From Squalus acanthias (taxonomy: Eukaryota): a stretch of DNA of 64,000 nucleotides. Positions within the stretch are counted from its first letter, which is position 1; each line of letters opens with the position of its first letter. This document shows, piece by piece, positions 62,508-64,000 of this stretch. Under the pieces are notes generated by a model. It worked only from the letters and a program-made list of their open reading frames with translations, was not told where the DNA came from and ran no database searches. The DNA lies in NCBI GenBank assembly GCA_030390025.1, contig CM059432.1:59708001-59772000 (forward strand), in the 5' to 3' direction. A program made the translations under genes and the position numbers.

Positions 62508-63720
62508 CATGGCCCTTTAAATATCCCAGTTGAAAACGGATGACGTCAGCAGACCTGCACCATTTAATGGGGCCGGGTAATGCGCAGGTTGGGTTGAATA
62601 GGTCCTATTGATGTAAAGTCATTTTGTGCAGCAGGATGGAGCCAGCAACGGGGTCGCGATCCGCCATGGCCACCACCCGCACCGGACCCTCCCAAGTAGG
62701 GAAAATTCTGGCCATAGTGTGTGCTATGCTGCTGTTCTGCAAAGTATACCTCCTGAAAGCATACACAACACATCCAGATTTTAGAATTTGGAAGAGCTAG
62801 ACAACCAACCTTGTGGTCACACTACATTCTTCCTTGTAAGAATCCATCAGAATGCAGTATGCATATATTTTCTGTCAGCAGTGTTGGTTCAGGGTACACC
62901 TTACAAGATTTATGGAGACAATGGAAACTACATCATTGGCACATTGAAAGTGTACCCTATAGCTTTATTTCCATGAAAGCATGTGTGAAAACAGTGAAAG
63001 GTTGTCTCCATGTTTTGTATGCTGCCTCTGAGGATGCTCCAGGACAAGTTCTGTTGGTACCATAATGTTATGTACCAATAGTAACCATCTGTTGAAATTA
63101 GGATACACTTATCTTAGCACTCCTGATACTTTAACATTTCTTGTGCATTTGCTTCTGCAGACCTGGGAGACTGCACTCATTATCTTATTAACCTCCATTC
63201 AGGCAGCTTGCACCTTTGCTTTCACATGAGCTTTAAAGATGGACACCCTTCTTCGCCACAACTTTTAAAGTAGGGCCTCCAAGATATCATCAAAAGGCAT
63301 TATTTGACATTGTACACTTCTAAAAACTTTTAACAAACCAATTACTAAATATTCCAGTACAAACACTACATCTGGCACATCAAAAAATTCAGTGATGAGC
63401 AGCAGCACTTTAAGAGTCGCTGTCATGATGGATTTCCCACCCCAACCAATCATGTCCCTCCCTGCACTTGTGCATGCACAGAGTCTATTAAAATTAGTAG
63501 GAAGGGCTGGCCTTGCAAAATGTAGCGAGGCCAGCCGTCTGTAATCCTGGCCCAAGCCTGCCTGTGCTACTCTTATTTTTGGAAGAGAGAAAACTGATCT
63601 TGTGCTTCTTTTCCTCAATTAACTTAGTTTTGATGTCTTACATGAAGTTAACTCTTGGTGTAGGAAGGTTGGAGAAACTCATGAAAATCAGCTCTTTTAG
63701 ATTTGTCTGACAATACTTGC

Positions 63721-63853
63721 CTATTGTGGGTAAGAATGAAGCATGGAAATTGTCCTCAGTTAATCTCTTTAATATGGCAGTTTTACCTACATTGGAGTCT
63801 CCCACCATAATTATTTTTGAAAGAATATCTCCAGATAGATTCACTTCTTCCAT
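63721..63853 (-). CDS. RAB10-like GTPase first coding exon (MEEVNLSGDILSKIIMVGDSNVGKTAILKRLTEDNFHASFLPTIg)
   Basis: P-loop GDSNVGKT, switch-I PTIG; ATG 63853 in context AACATGG; donor AG|GCAAGT; upstream acceptor TTTCAG at 63897-63892. Confidence 0.93.
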
Positions 63854-64000
63854 GTTAAAGCCAGCAGAGTCACAGAGTAAACATCCTTCCACTGAAATTC
63901 ATATACTTATTCAAAATTCAAGCTTGTAGAGGTAACCCTTTCAATTAACTCCTTGTCAGATGGGCCTAACTTGAATAGACAGTCCTCAATTTCTATTTGG

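Larger units (their letters stand above)
59968..62713. mobile_element. Harbinger remnant: transposase 5' stub (+) and 3-exon Myb-like gene (-), with right TIR
   Basis: Exon 1 AAPSFSDDSFHMLVEGV...WVQCCKCFN (~61997-62235), exon 2 EKRAQNKREMERTSGG (~61507-61666), exon 3 ORF 60639-61142; terminus GAAAATTCTGGCC same as 7167-7179. Confidence 0.85.

Overview
Eukaryotic, transposon-dense vertebrate DNA, most consistent with a cartilaginous fish (shark). This is inferred from the CR1 LINE, Deu-SINE-like, Penelope-like and Harbinger repeat content; the species cannot be determined from the sequence. One host gene spans about 53 kb on the minus strand: a six-coding-exon, ~206-aa Rab GTPase (63853->10606). 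Its exon sizes (133/64/139/90/102/93) and its switch-II and C-terminal-half sequence mark it as a strongly divergent RAB10-type paralogue. It has a GC-AG first intron, Ala at the position equivalent to the LRRK2 phosphosite RAB10-T73, and a probable last exon whose Cys-Cys motif is 8 residues from the C-terminus. Introns and flanks contain: many CR1 LINE pieces (one nearly full length with an SGNH-esterase ORF1); a second LINE family and its partner SINE; several PIF/Harbinger transposons (convergent DDE transposase + 3-exon Myb/SANT gene) and their MITEs; two hAT MITEs; a 1.48-kb solo LTR; and Penelope-like fragments, one with a minimal hammerhead ribozyme core. No prokaryotic systems, CRISPR arrays, rRNA or bona fide tRNA genes were found.
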